Part shown: positions 9,346-18,867 of the stretch, piece by piece
Position numbering within the stretch: the stretch's first letter is position 1
How the letters are laid out: each line of letters opens with the position of its first letter
Notes under the pieces: generated by a model
The model's input: only the letters and a program-made list of their open reading frames with translations
The model's database searches: none
What the model was told of the DNA's origin: nothing
Translations under genes and position numbers: made by a program
Assembly (NCBI GenBank): GCA_964345445.1
Contig: CAYFQT010000001.1
Location: 1-62,507, forward strand
Origin: an uncultured Candidatus Saccharibacteria bacterium
GTDB lineage: Bacteria > Patescibacteriota > CPR2_A > CAYFQT01
Reading direction: 5' to 3'
Length of the DNA: 62,507 nt

Positions 9346-9463
9346 TAGGTTGCAGTTACGAAACCCGTATCGGCATTCGTTAATCGGTTACGTTATAAAG
9401 GATATTGACGAACTTCGTAACCGTTAGACGATACGCACTTCGTAATCCTAACCGTAACCGATT
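9346..9463. repeat. Long imperfect hairpin of CGTAAC/GTTACG units
   Basis: GTTACGAA/TTCGTAAT, CGTATCG/CGATACG and CGGTTACG/CGTAACCG pairings. Confidence 0.6.
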
Positions 9464-9469
9464 TAAAAA

Positions 9470-9574
9470 GCCCCGTCATCCACTTATGTTCCGACCCTGA
9501 ACCATGTAAGGTTCGGGGCAGGCAGGGCCTCGGCCTTTGTAAGGAATAAATAATAAAGTCAAAGGCCTCGGGAG
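9470..9574 (+). promoter_or_regulatory. Two-hairpin leader motif upstream of rnj (shared with pnp)
   Basis: GCCCCGTC ATCCACTT ... AGGGCCTCGG, GGCCTTTG/CAAAGGCC stem, then CCTCGGGAG before the ATG. Confidence 0.7.
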
Positions 9575-9579
9575 GAAAA

Positions 9580-11262
9580 ATGAAAAAACGATATTATAAA
9601 AAACCACAAAGAAAACTAAGAGTTATCCCTTTAGGAGGGCTGGGAGAAGTAGGTAAAAATATGATGGTTTTTGAATATGGTAATGATATCATCATAGTTG
9701 ATGCAGGTCTTATGTTTCCTGAAGATGAGATGTTAGGAATTGATTTTGTTATTCCTAATATTTCCTACTTACAACAAAATAAAAACAAAATTAGAGGTCT
9801 TATAATCACTCACGGTCATGAAGACCACATTGGAGGCATTCCTTATATTCTGCCTAAAATATCTCCGCCTATTTATTGTACCAGGCTAACAAAAGGATTG
9901 ATTAAAGTAAAATTAGAAGAATTCAAAACAACACGTCCTTATTTTAACACCATAAAACCAGGAGATAAAATTCAACTGGGTTGTTTTAAAGTAGAATTTT
10001 TCCGAGTCAACCACAGTATTCCTGATGGGGTGGGGCTGGCTATTTATACTCCAGTTGGTATTTTAATCCACACCGGTGATTTTAAATTTGATGCCTCTCA
10101 AGGAAAAGAAAAAAATACAGATATATCCAAAATTTCTCAGCTTTCTAAAAAAGGTGTTTTGGCCTTACTTTCTGATAGTTGCAATTCTGAAATTCCTGGG
10201 AATACTCCCTCAGAAAAACTGTTGGAAAAAACATTTAATCACATTTTTGAAAAAGCTAAAGGAAGAATTATTGTCACTTCTTTTGCTTCCCAAATTAGTC
10301 GTATCCAACAAATCATAGATGTTGCAGCTAAAAAAGGTAAAAAAGTAACTGTCTCTGGAAGAAGTATGGTAAAAAATATTGATATTGCCACAAAATTAGG
10401 TTACCTGAAAATACCTAAAAAAACACTAATAAGAATTCAAAATATTAAAAAAATTCCTGATAATAAAATTGTAATTTTAAGCACCGGAAGTCAAGGAGAG
10501 GCTATGTCCGCACTTGCTCGTATGTCCTCAGGGGAACATAAACATATTAAAATCAAAAAAGGAGATACTGTTGTTATTTCTGCCTCCCCTATTCCTGGTA
10601 ATGAACGCTCTATAACCAATGTAATTGATGATTTATTTCGTGAAGGAGCCAATGTAATCTATGATGTAAAAATGCAGGTTCATGTCTCTGGACATCCTTG
10701 CCAAGAAGATCTAAAAATGATGATTAGTATTACAAAACCAAAATATTTTATTCCTATTCATGGCGAATATCATCATCTAATTCATCACGGGGAGTTAGCA
10801 AAAAGTAGAGGAATTGAAAAAGATAGAATTTTAATCACTGAAAATGGCAATGTAATAGAATTTGGTCAAAATTATGCCAAAATAACTTCTGAAAAAATTC
10901 CTTCGGGATATGTAATGGTAGACGGGCTAGGAGTGGGAGATGTAGGAAATATTGTTTTAAGAGATAGACAAGCTATGGCTAAAGATGGAATATTTGTAGT
11001 TATTTTGACTATTGATAAAAAAACAGGGGAATTAGTTACTAGCCCCGATATAATATCCCGAGGTTTTGTATATATGCGGGCAAGTGAAGAATTGATCAAT
11101 AAAACTAGAAAAGAAGCTATAAGATGTCTTAAGGCAAGAAATTCAAGATATCCTTCTAACTGGACTTTTATTAAAAATAAAATCAGAGATGATATTGGAG
11201 AGTTTTTATATAACCAAACTCAAAGAAGACCAATGGTCTTGCCTGTAATTATAGAAGTATAG
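9580..11262 (+). CDS. rnj: Ribonuclease J
   Basis: PLGGLGEVGKN, THGHEDHIG, HTGDFK, HVSGH and HGEY motifs. Confidence 0.96.
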   Translation: MKKRYYKKPQRKLRVIPLGGLGEVGKNMMVFEYGNDIIIVDAGLMFPEDEMLGIDFVIPNISYLQQNKNKIRGLIITHGHEDHIGGIPYILPKISPPIYCTRLTKGLIKVKLEEFKTTRPYFNTIKPGDKIQLGCFKVEFFRVNHSIPDGVGLAIYTPVGILIHTGDFKFDASQGKEKNTDISKISQLSKKGVLALLSDSCNSEIPGNTPSEKLLEKTFNHIFEKAKGRIIVTSFASQISRIQQIIDVAAKKGKKVTVSGRSMVKNIDIATKLGYLKIPKKTLIRIQNIKKIPDNKIVILSTGSQGEAMSALARMSSGEHKHIKIKKGDTVVISASPIPGNERSITNVIDDLFREGANVIYDVKMQVHVSGHPCQEDLKMMISITKPKYFIPIHGEYHHLIHHGELAKSRGIEKDRILITENGNVIEFGQNYAKITSEKIPSGYVMVDGLGVGDVGNIVLRDRQAMAKDGIFVVILTIDKKTGELVTSPDIISRGFVYMRASEELINKTRKEAIRCLKARNSRYPSNWTFIKNKIRDDIGEFLYNQTQRRPMVLPVIIEV

Positions 11263-11365
11263 ACACGAATAACACACGAATTTTACAGCACTAATCTTAA
11301 ACAAATAAATATCTTAGGTAAAAACTTCAACTTTGATTTGGTCAGGAGAAACAATAATAGATTTT

Positions 11366-11394
11366 TTGTCAACATTTTAAATTTAAGATATAAT
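11366..11394 (+). promoter_or_regulatory. Promoter for ftsK
   Basis: TTGTCA-17-TATAAT. Confidence 0.6.
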
Positions 11395-11414
11395 TTAAAG
11401 GCAGAAGAATTACT

Positions 11415-11524
11415 AATTCAATATCAAAATTCAAAGATCAAAATGTAAAATGACAAATCAAAGTTTAAAAATTTTAATATTTAATATGTAATTTTGATTT
11501 TTAATATTTGATTTTTAAATTTTT
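11415..11524. repeat. Heptad-periodic palindrome (copy B) in the ftsK 5' UTR
   Basis: ATATCAA AATTCAA AGATCAA AATGTAA AATGACA AATCAAA arm paired with TTTTGAT TTTTAAT ATTTGAT TTTTAAA. Confidence 0.75.
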
Positions 11525-11532
11525 AGGTGTTT

Positions 11533-13641
11533 ATGGCTAGAAGAAAGTATAAAAGAAAAAGGAAATCAGAATATAAGCCTAAATGGGATATAAATATTGA
11601 TCCTAAAACAAAACAAGAAGTTCTGGCTGTAATACTTATAGGAATTGGGGTTATTACTCTTTTTTCTATTTTTCAAATTGCTGGTCCTTGGGGGAAATAT
11701 TATTATAAAATCCTTAAAGTCTTAATAGGTTGGAGTATTTTTTGGATTCCAATAATTTTAGGCGGATTGGGTTATGCTTTATTATATAGAGAAAAATACC
11801 CTGTTAAAGCTTCCACTATTTTAGGAGTCGTAATATTTATTATAGGATTTTCTGGTATTTTACATCTATTTCTTCCTAAAGATAATATATTACAGCTAAC
11901 CCAAAATGGATTAGGCGGGGGATTTCTAGGATATTGGTGTACAAAATACCTAAGAAATATCTTAGGAATTTGGGTTTCTCTTCTGGTATTCTTTTCTTTG
12001 ATTATAATTTCTATTTTGATTACTTTTGAAACATCTATTTCACAAATTCAAGAAAGACTAAAAACAGCTTCAGAAAAAACCGATAGATTACTTCCTAAAA
12101 AAAGTATTAAAATTCACCAACCAGAGGCCTCTTCTAAAATATCCCCCAAACAAAAGACTGGAGATTCACCAACAATGACTAAATCTGATGAGACAGGCAT
12201 TACTCCCCCAGATAAATCATGGACTGCACCTCCTTTGGATTTATTAAACTCATTACAAATGCAGGCTCAAAGCGGCAATATCAAACAAAACATATCTATT
12301 ATTCAAAAAACTTTAGCTAATTTTGGTATTGAAGTGCAAATGGAAGATGTTCATGTAGGTCCCACAGTTACTCAATATACTCTAAAACCAGCAGAAGGAA
12401 TAAAATTAACTCGTATCACGGCATTGGCTGCTGACCTGTCTTTGGCTTTGGCCGCCCACCCTATTCGCATTGAAGCCCCCATTCCTGGAAAATCTTTGGT
12501 AGGAATTGAAGTCCCAAATAAAACCTCAGCTTTAGTTAGAGTAAAAGAAATTATAGAATCTGAGGTCTTTAAAAAATCTAAATCTAATCTTAGTATAATT
12601 TTAGGAAAAGATGTCTCTGGAAGACCCAAAGTGGATAATCTTGCCCGAATGCCTCATCTTTTAATTGCTGGGGCTACAGGGAGTGGAAAAACCATCTGTA
12701 TTAATTCTATAATCACTGGACTTTTATATCGTAATTCTCCTAATCAACTAAAATTCATTCTTATTGATCCTAAAAGAGTGGAATTACCTGCCTACAACGG
12801 TATCCCCCATCTCCTATCTCCTGTGGTTGTGGAACCAGAAAAAACAATTAGCGCTTTAAAATGGGCAATTTGGGAGATGGAAAGAAGATATAAATTATTT
12901 GAAAAACAAGGCAAGCGAGATATCATCGCTTATAATAAAACAGCCGGGATGGAAAACATTCCTTATATAGTAACTGTAATCGATGAATTAGCCGACTTAA
13001 TGGTAGTGGCTCCTTCAGAAGTAGAACATGCTATTGTAAGACTTTCCCAGATGGCTAGAGCTACAGGGATTCACCTAATTATTGCCACCCAAAGACCTTC
13101 AGTAGATATTTTAACTGGACTTATTAAAGCTAATGTTACTTATAGAATTGCCTTTATGACTGCCTCCCAAGTAGATTCTCGAACAATTTTAGATATGGCT
13201 GGTGCAGAAAAACTTTTAGGTAATGGCGATATGCTTTATTTGGCTGGAGACACCTCTAAACCAAAAAGGATTCAAGGAACTTATATCGATGAAAAAGAGA
13301 TTAAAGGAGTAACTCGATTTCTAAAAGAACAAGGGAGCCCGGAATATAATGATGAAATTCTGCAAATGCCTGTCAGTACCTCCAAATTTTCACAAGAAAC
13401 ACCAGATGATGAGCTATACCCACAAGCAGCAGAAACTGTAATTTTAGCTGGTCGAGCTTCTTCTTCATTACTTCAACGGCGGCTTAAAATAGGATATGCT
13501 CGAGCAGCAAGATTAATAGATCTATTAGAGGAAAAAGGAATAATTGGTCCCCCAGAAGGAAGTAAACCCCGAGATGTACTGATAGATAGCATAGAAGAGC
13601 TGGAGGCAATGGAAGAGAAAGAAGAAGGGGAAGAAATATAA
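11533..13641 (+). CDS. ftsK: DNA translocase FtsK/SpoIIIE
   Basis: Four N-terminal TM helices, GATGSGKT Walker A, IDELADL, QRPSVD and a gamma domain (SLLQRRLKIGYARAARLID); ATG follows AGGTG. Confidence 0.96.
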   Translation: MARRKYKRKRKSEYKPKWDINIDPKTKQEVLAVILIGIGVITLFSIFQIAGPWGKYYYKILKVLIGWSIFWIPIILGGLGYALLYREKYPVKASTILGVVIFIIGFSGILHLFLPKDNILQLTQNGLGGGFLGYWCTKYLRNILGIWVSLLVFFSLIIISILITFETSISQIQERLKTASEKTDRLLPKKSIKIHQPEASSKISPKQKTGDSPTMTKSDETGITPPDKSWTAPPLDLLNSLQMQAQSGNIKQNISIIQKTLANFGIEVQMEDVHVGPTVTQYTLKPAEGIKLTRITALAADLSLALAAHPIRIEAPIPGKSLVGIEVPNKTSALVRVKEIIESEVFKKSKSNLSIILGKDVSGRPKVDNLARMPHLLIAGATGSGKTICINSIITGLLYRNSPNQLKFILIDPKRVELPAYNGIPHLLSPVVVEPEKTISALKWAIWEMERRYKLFEKQGKRDIIAYNKTAGMENIPYIVTVIDELADLMVVAPSEVEHAIVRLSQMARATGIHLIIATQRPSVDILTGLIKANVTYRIAFMTASQVDSRTILDMAGAEKLLGNGDMLYLAGDTSKPKRIQGTYIDEKEIKGVTRFLKEQGSPEYNDEILQMPVSTSKFSQETPDDELYPQAAETVILAGRASSSLLQRRLKIGYARAARLIDLLEEKGIIGPPEGSKPRDVLIDSIEELEAMEEKEEGEEI

Positions 13642-13668
13642 TTTTAAAAAAATTCCAAAACCAGTTCT

Positions 13669-14007
13669 TAAATTACTAATGACCAATTACTAATGACGAA
13701 TCAAATCCAAATAACTAATAACAAAATAAAATCCTAAATCCGAAATTCTAAATACTAAACAATATCAAATGACCAAAATGCTGCCACAGCTCCACCCAAC
13801 CACCCTTTTATTGTATAGATTCTATAACAAAACAATATAAGTTTAGAATATTGGAAAATTTGAATTTTGAATTTATTTAGAATTTAGATATTAGAAATTA
13901 GAATTTATTCTCTCAATTAGACATTTTGATATTTCCGCCAGAGGCGGATCAGCCTTTGGCTGAAGATATTGATTAGAAATTAGGTCAATTAGGAATTAGA
14001 AATTTAA
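13669..14007. repeat. Nested heptad-periodic palindromes (copy C) carrying a 30-bp double-hairpin insert
   Basis: Outer arms AATTACT AATGACC.../...GGTCAATT AGGAATT AGAAATT; inner arms nearly the same as copy A; insert at 13934-13963. Confidence 0.8.
13934..13963. repeat. 30-bp double-hairpin mini-element
   Basis: TCCGCC-AGA-GGCGGA TCAGCC-TTT-GGCTGA with GATATT on both sides. Confidence 0.8.
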
Positions 14008-14046
14008 TAGCTTGTTTAGATATTAGGACTTGAATAAGGTTATATT

Positions 14047-15027
14047 ATGACTGCTAAATTTATTTTAAAAGAAGTTACTCCTTCTGAAACTTTTGGAGAA
14101 AAATTATATAAAGCTCGAAAAAAAAGAGGATTAAGCCTAAAAGAGATAGAAAAAAATACTAAAATCCGAGCTTGCTATCTAGCTGCTTTAGAAGAAGGTG
14201 ATTACGACTCTCTCCCTCCAGATGTTTATACTCAAGGATTCTTGCGTAATTATGCTAAATATCTAAACTTAGATTATAAAAAAATATTAAGACTTTACAA
14301 AAGAGAAAGAGGAATAAAAGAAAATATAAAAAAAGTAAAATCGCCTTCTATCCCTAAACCTATATATTCTCCTTCTTTTGTAATTACTCCTAAAACTTTT
14401 TTAATTATTTTCTTAATTTTAGGCCTTGTTTTAATTTTAGGATATATTTGGTTTCAGTTTAGTGCTTTTGCCTCTCCCCCATCTTTAGAAATTGAAGAAC
14501 CAGCTGATAATATTACTGTAAAAACTGATACTATAACTATTCAAGGGGAAACTGAAACTACTGCTGAATTACAAATTAACAAACAACCAATCAATATTGA
14601 TGCCCAAGGAAGATTTAAAACTATAATTTCTCTCCAAAATGGAATAAATTATATAGAAATTGTAGCTAAAAATAAAATGGATAAACAAAGAGTAGTAAAT
14701 AGAACAATAATGGCTGAATTGCCTAAAATTGCTACATCTGAAGCTGAAGTAGCTTCCCCTACTCCAGAAGAAGAAAAGTTAGAGGTAATTTTAAAGGTAG
14801 GTCCTAATTCAGCATGGATTTCTATAGAAAAAGATGATCAATATGCATATGAAGGAATAATGTTACCAGGAACTTCCCAAACTTTCCAGGCAAATGACAA
14901 AATTACTTTAACTACTGGAAATGCTGGTTCAACCCAGGTAATCCTAAGTGGTAAAGATTTAGGCAAATTAGGTAAAGAAGGAGAAGTTAAAAGAGGTATT
15001 GAATATACAAAAGAAGATATAAAGTAA
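14047..15027 (+). CDS. rodZ: RodZ-like protein (HTH, TM, Ig-like and DUF4115-like domains)
   Basis: HTH (YLAALEEG.Y..LP..VY..GFLRNYA), TM helix and C-terminal GNAG motif. Confidence 0.8.
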   Translation: MTAKFILKEVTPSETFGEKLYKARKKRGLSLKEIEKNTKIRACYLAALEEGDYDSLPPDVYTQGFLRNYAKYLNLDYKKILRLYKRERGIKENIKKVKSPSIPKPIYSPSFVITPKTFLIIFLILGLVLILGYIWFQFSAFASPPSLEIEEPADNITVKTDTITIQGETETTAELQINKQPINIDAQGRFKTIISLQNGINYIEIVAKNKMDKQRVVNRTIMAELPKIATSEAEVASPTPEEEKLEVILKVGPNSAWISIEKDDQYAYEGIMLPGTSQTFQANDKITLTTGNAGSTQVILSGKDLGKLGKEGEVKRGIEYTKEDIK

Positions 15028-15028
15028 A

Positions 15029-15101
15029 AATGTTCAATATGTTCAAACTGTTCAATCCGTTCACTCCGTTCACTTGTTCAAACTGAACAATTTGATATAC
15101 T
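15029..15101 (+). promoter_or_regulatory. Array of 9-nt GTTCA repeats overlapping the recA promoter
   Basis: Six GTTCA(A/C) units, TGTTC-N5-GAACA at 15075-15089 and an extended -10 TGnTATACT at 15093-15101. Confidence 0.6.
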
Positions 15102-15139
15102 TTAAGTAGACACTCTTGGTGTCAACGAAGGAGGCTAAG

Positions 15140-16144
15140 GTGACAGAAAAAGAAGAAAAAAACAAAGCAATAGATTTAGCTGTTTCCCAAATTGAAAAAC
15201 AATTTGGCAAAGGTTCTATTATGAAATTTACTGGAACTCAAAAGATCAAAGTAAATATAATCCCCACTGGTTCTATATCTTTAGATTTAGCTTTAGGAGT
15301 GGGAGGCATACCAAAGGGAAGAGTTATTGAAATATTTGGCCCTGAATCCTCAGGGAAAACAACATTAGCTTTGCATATGGTTGCTGAAGCTCAAAAACAA
15401 GGAGGAACAGCAGCGTTTATTGATGCTGAACATGCCTTTGATCCTGAATATGGCAGAAATATTGGAATAAAAATAGAAGATCTTTTAATCTCCCAACCAG
15501 ATACAGGAGAACAAGCTTTGGAAATTGCCGAGACTTTAGTCCGCTCTAATGCTGTAGATATAGTGGTTGTTGACTCTGTGGCTGCTTTAACTCCCAGGGC
15601 AGAAATTGAAGGAGAAATGGGTGATGCTCATCTGGGACTGCAAGCTAGGTTAATGTCTCAAGCTTTAAGAAAACTAACTGGAGCAGTGAGCAAATCAAAA
15701 ACCACTGTTGTATTTATAAACCAAATACGAATGAAAATTGGAGTAATGTTTGGGAATCCAGAAACAACTCCAGGAGGAAGAGCATTAAAATTTTATTCTT
15801 CTGTCCGTTTAGATATTCGACGAATAGGGCAAATTAAAAAAGGAGATGATATAATCGGTAATAAAACTAAAGTTAAAGTGGTAAAAAATAAAGTAGCTCC
15901 TCCATTTAAATTTGCGGAATTTGATATAATTTACAAAGAAGGCATATCGCGGGAAGGAGATATAATAGATACAGCAGCTAAAATGGAAATAGTCAAAAAA
16001 AGTGGTGCTTGGTATACCTATGAAGGCAAAAGAATTGCCCAAGGGAGAGAATCCGCCAAACAATATCTCAAAGATAACCCCAAAGTAGCACATGAGATTG
16101 AAAAGAAAATCAAAGAAAAAGCTGAAAAAGAGGAAGAAGAGTAA
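15140..16144 (+). CDS. recA: Recombinase RecA
   Basis: [26 protein letters not shown] and GGRALKFY motifs; GTG start chosen because AAGGAGG precedes it. Confidence 0.98.
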   Translation: MTEKEEKNKAIDLAVSQIEKQFGKGSIMKFTGTQKIKVNIIPTGSISLDLALGVGGIPKGRVIEIFGPESSGKTTLALHMVAEAQKQGGTAAFIDAEHAFDPEYGRNIGIKIEDLLISQPDTGEQALEIAETLVRSNAVDIVVVDSVAALTPRAEIEGEMGDAHLGLQARLMSQALRKLTGAVSKSKTTVVFINQIRMKIGVMFGNPETTPGGRALKFYSSVRLDIRRIGQIKKGDDIIGNKTKVKVVKNKVAPPFKFAEFDIIYKEGISREGDIIDTAAKMEIVKKSGAWYTYEGKRIAQGRESAKQYLKDNPKVAHEIEKKIKEKAEKEEEE

Positions 16145-16163
16145 AAAAGAATTAGAAATAATT

Positions 16164-16481
16164 ATGAAGATAGAAAAACAAAAAAGAGGAAAATTTTTAA
16201 AAATACCTGATGATAAAGCATTAAGACTTTATCCTATTCATCATATGCATCACTTTAAATCAGGAAAGCAAATAAAACATGAACTCCATCATTGTTTTTT
16301 ATTTAATAAGAAAAATATGCAAGGTAAAAAATATTCTATAATTCACAAAATATATAAAAATGAAGTCTTCCATTGCCTTAATGGTAGATTTGAAGGGATG
16401 CTTTATGATCATAGTAATAACACCTTTAAAATAGTTCCTAAAAAATTGAATGGCCAGACAATCTATGAGGTAAGGGCATAA
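16164..16481 (+). CDS. Hypothetical His-rich basic protein
   Basis: ORF of about 105 aa between recA and the next gene; no family recognised. Confidence 0.5.
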   Translation: MKIEKQKRGKFLKIPDDKALRLYPIHHMHHFKSGKQIKHELHHCFLFNKKNMQGKKYSIIHKIYKNEVFHCLNGRFEGMLYDHSNNTFKIVPKKLNGQTIYEVRA

Positions 16482-16498
16482 AGGAGGAGGGTCAGAGA

Positions 16499-17383
16499 AT
16501 GAATAGTGAAAGAGAAGTTCCAGAAGAGATAGAAAAAATTGCTGAATATGAAGATGTTTTTCAAACTATTAGAGAAATAGATACTGTTTCTGAGCAAGAA
16601 AATAAAAATTGGTCTAAAGAAGAGTTAAAGAATGAGCTTGTGTCTTCTTTTAAAAAAGCAGGAGAAAAAGCTTTGGAAGATAATAACGGAGTTATTTATA
16701 CTACTCTTTCTGGAGGGTTTGACTCCACACTTTCTTTAAGTTTTCTGAGAAAAGAATTAGGACCAGAAGTTGAAATAGTAACATTTACTATGGGAGGAAA
16801 TGAAAGCCATCCAGATGTTCAATATGCTCGCGTAGCTGCTAAAAAATTCAATACAGAACATCATGAATTTATTCCCACATCAAATGAAATTCACAGAGCA
16901 TTGGAAGATTTTAAGAAAGATCGACCTGATGAGGATCTTAAAAAAGCAGTTGCCGAGGGAGATTTTGATGTTTATTTGCTTTATAAATACATTTTTCAAT
17001 TTAAACCAAAAACAGTAATTGTCCATGATGGTATTGATGAACAAATGGGGGGCTACTGGGAACATCGCAAAGATATGCCAAAAGAAAAAAGGAAAGAAAT
17101 TTTCAGAGATTTGTGGAAAAAGTTAAAACCAGAACACCTAGATCAATTAATCAAATCAAGCCAGCGGTTTAATATTCATCTTCTTTTCCCTTATTTAGAT
17201 AAAGGGTTAGCTAGTTTTATTTCTAAAATTCCAGTTGAGGATCGAGCCTCAGATGAAATTGGCAAAAAACCATTAAAAGAAGTTGCTAAACGCCTTGATA
17301 TTCCTCAAGAAATTATCGACCGCCCTAAAAGAGGAGCAATAGGTATGACTGAAATCGAAGAATTGAAACAACATAAAAAATAA
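16499..17383 (+). CDS. Stand-alone asparagine synthase C-terminal (PP-loop) domain protein
   Basis: LSGGFDS PP-loop, G.DE..GGY, FPYLD and K..LK...R..IP.EII.RPK motifs; GGAGG RBS; no N-terminal Ntn glutaminase domain. Confidence 0.8.
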   Translation: MNSEREVPEEIEKIAEYEDVFQTIREIDTVSEQENKNWSKEELKNELVSSFKKAGEKALEDNNGVIYTTLSGGFDSTLSLSFLRKELGPEVEIVTFTMGGNESHPDVQYARVAAKKFNTEHHEFIPTSNEIHRALEDFKKDRPDEDLKKAVAEGDFDVYLLYKYIFQFKPKTVIVHDGIDEQMGGYWEHRKDMPKEKRKEIFRDLWKKLKPEHLDQLIKSSQRFNIHLLFPYLDKGLASFISKIPVEDRASDEIGKKPLKEVAKRLDIPQEIIDRPKRGAIGMTEIEELKQHKK

Positions 17384-17413
17384 AATTAGAAATGAAGTTT
17401 TTTGCCTCTTTAA

Positions 17414-17460
17414 AATGGCGCTTGAATGCATTTTAAACAATTCAAACGCCATTATTTTAT
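17414..17460 (+). terminator. Intrinsic terminator
   Basis: AATGGCG..TTGAAT / ATTCAA..CGCCATT stem followed by a T-rich tail. Confidence 0.55.
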
Positions 17461-17556
17461 TTAAAAAGAATCTGTTATACTATGATTAGAATACTAGTGT
17501 TATTCAATATAACTAAAAGGAATTATTTTATTAACTAAAATCTAAAGGATCATAAA

Positions 17557-18867
17557 ATGGATCTTTTTGATCAAAAAATAGAAGAACAAATGAAAAAAGA
17601 AGCTCCATTGGCAGATCGAATGCGGCCAGAGAGTCTGGAGGAATTTACAGGCCAAGAGGGAATTTTAAAAGAAGGGAAACTTCTCCGCTCTATTATCCAA
17701 TCAGATAAACTGACTTCTATAATTTTCTGGGGTCCACCAGGAACTGGCAAAACAACCCTGGCTTATATTATTGCCAAGAATACTAAATGTCATTTTAGTC
17801 AATTTTCGGCTGTAACTGCTGGGGTAGCTGACCTGCGCAAAGTTGTTGCCAAAGCCCGCGAAAGAAGAAAATTTAAAAATCAAAAAACTATTTTATTTGT
17901 TGATGAAATTCACAGGTTTAATAAAGCACAACAAGATGCCTTCCTGCCTTATATTGAAAATGGAACAATTATCTTGATTGGAGCTACCACTGAAAATCCT
18001 GGTTTTGAAATCAACTCTCCTTTGCTTTCTCGCTCTCGCCTATTTCGTCTAGAACCACTTTCTGCGGATGATTTAAAAATAATTATAAAAAGAACATTAA
18101 ATGATAAAAAACGAGGATTAGGAAATTTAAATCTCAAAATAGATCCTAAGGCAGAAGAACATATTATAAATTTTGCTAATGGAGATGCCCGAGTAGTTCT
18201 AAATGCCCTAGAAATTGCTGCCTCTTCCTTGAAAAAAGACCAAAAAATAAACCTGAAGATAGCCTGTGAAGCTATATCCAAAAAATCTTTGCTATATGAC
18301 AGAACTGGGGATCAACATTATGATACTACCTCTGCATTCATAAAAAGTATGCGGGGTTCTGATCCTGATGCCGCTGTCTATTATTTAGCCAAGATGTTAA
18401 ATTCAGGCGAGGACCCCAAGTTTATTGCCCGAAGAATGATAATTTTTGCCTCTGAAGATATTGGTAATGCTGATCCAATAGCTTTAATTTTAGCTTCTTC
18501 TTGCGCTCAAGCCGTACAATTTGTAGGAATGCCCGAAGCACAACTTAATCTTTCGCAAACAGCTATATATCTTTCTTGTGCACCTAAAAGTAACACAGCA
18601 AAATGTGCAATAGATAAAGCAAATTCAGATATCCAAAACCAAATACAAAATCCTATTCCTCTACATTTGCGCAATGCTCCAACAAAACTTGCTGAAAGTC
18701 TAGGTTATAGTAAAAACTATAAATATCCTCATAACTATCCGGGGGGTTATGTTAAAGAAGATTACCTGCCCGAAAACCTCAAAGGAACAATTTACTACAA
18801 ACCTTCTGAATGCGGCTATGAAGCAAAAATTAAAAAACGGCAAAAAAAGAGAGGAAAAAATGGGTAA
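17557..18867 (+). CDS. rarA: Replication-associated recombination protein A (MgsA/RarA)
   Basis: PLADRMRP, GPPGTGKTT, DEIHRFNKAQQD, SMRGSDPDAA and ASEDIG.AD motifs. Confidence 0.96.
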   Translation: MDLFDQKIEEQMKKEAPLADRMRPESLEEFTGQEGILKEGKLLRSIIQSDKLTSIIFWGPPGTGKTTLAYIIAKNTKCHFSQFSAVTAGVADLRKVVAKARERRKFKNQKTILFVDEIHRFNKAQQDAFLPYIENGTIILIGATTENPGFEINSPLLSRSRLFRLEPLSADDLKIIIKRTLNDKKRGLGNLNLKIDPKAEEHIINFANGDARVVLNALEIAASSLKKDQKINLKIACEAISKKSLLYDRTGDQHYDTTSAFIKSMRGSDPDAAVYYLAKMLNSGEDPKFIARRMIIFASEDIGNADPIALILASSCAQAVQFVGMPEAQLNLSQTAIYLSCAPKSNTAKCAIDKANSDIQNQIQNPIPLHLRNAPTKLAESLGYSKNYKYPHNYPGGYVKEDYLPENLKGTIYYKPSECGYEAKIKKRQKKRGKNG

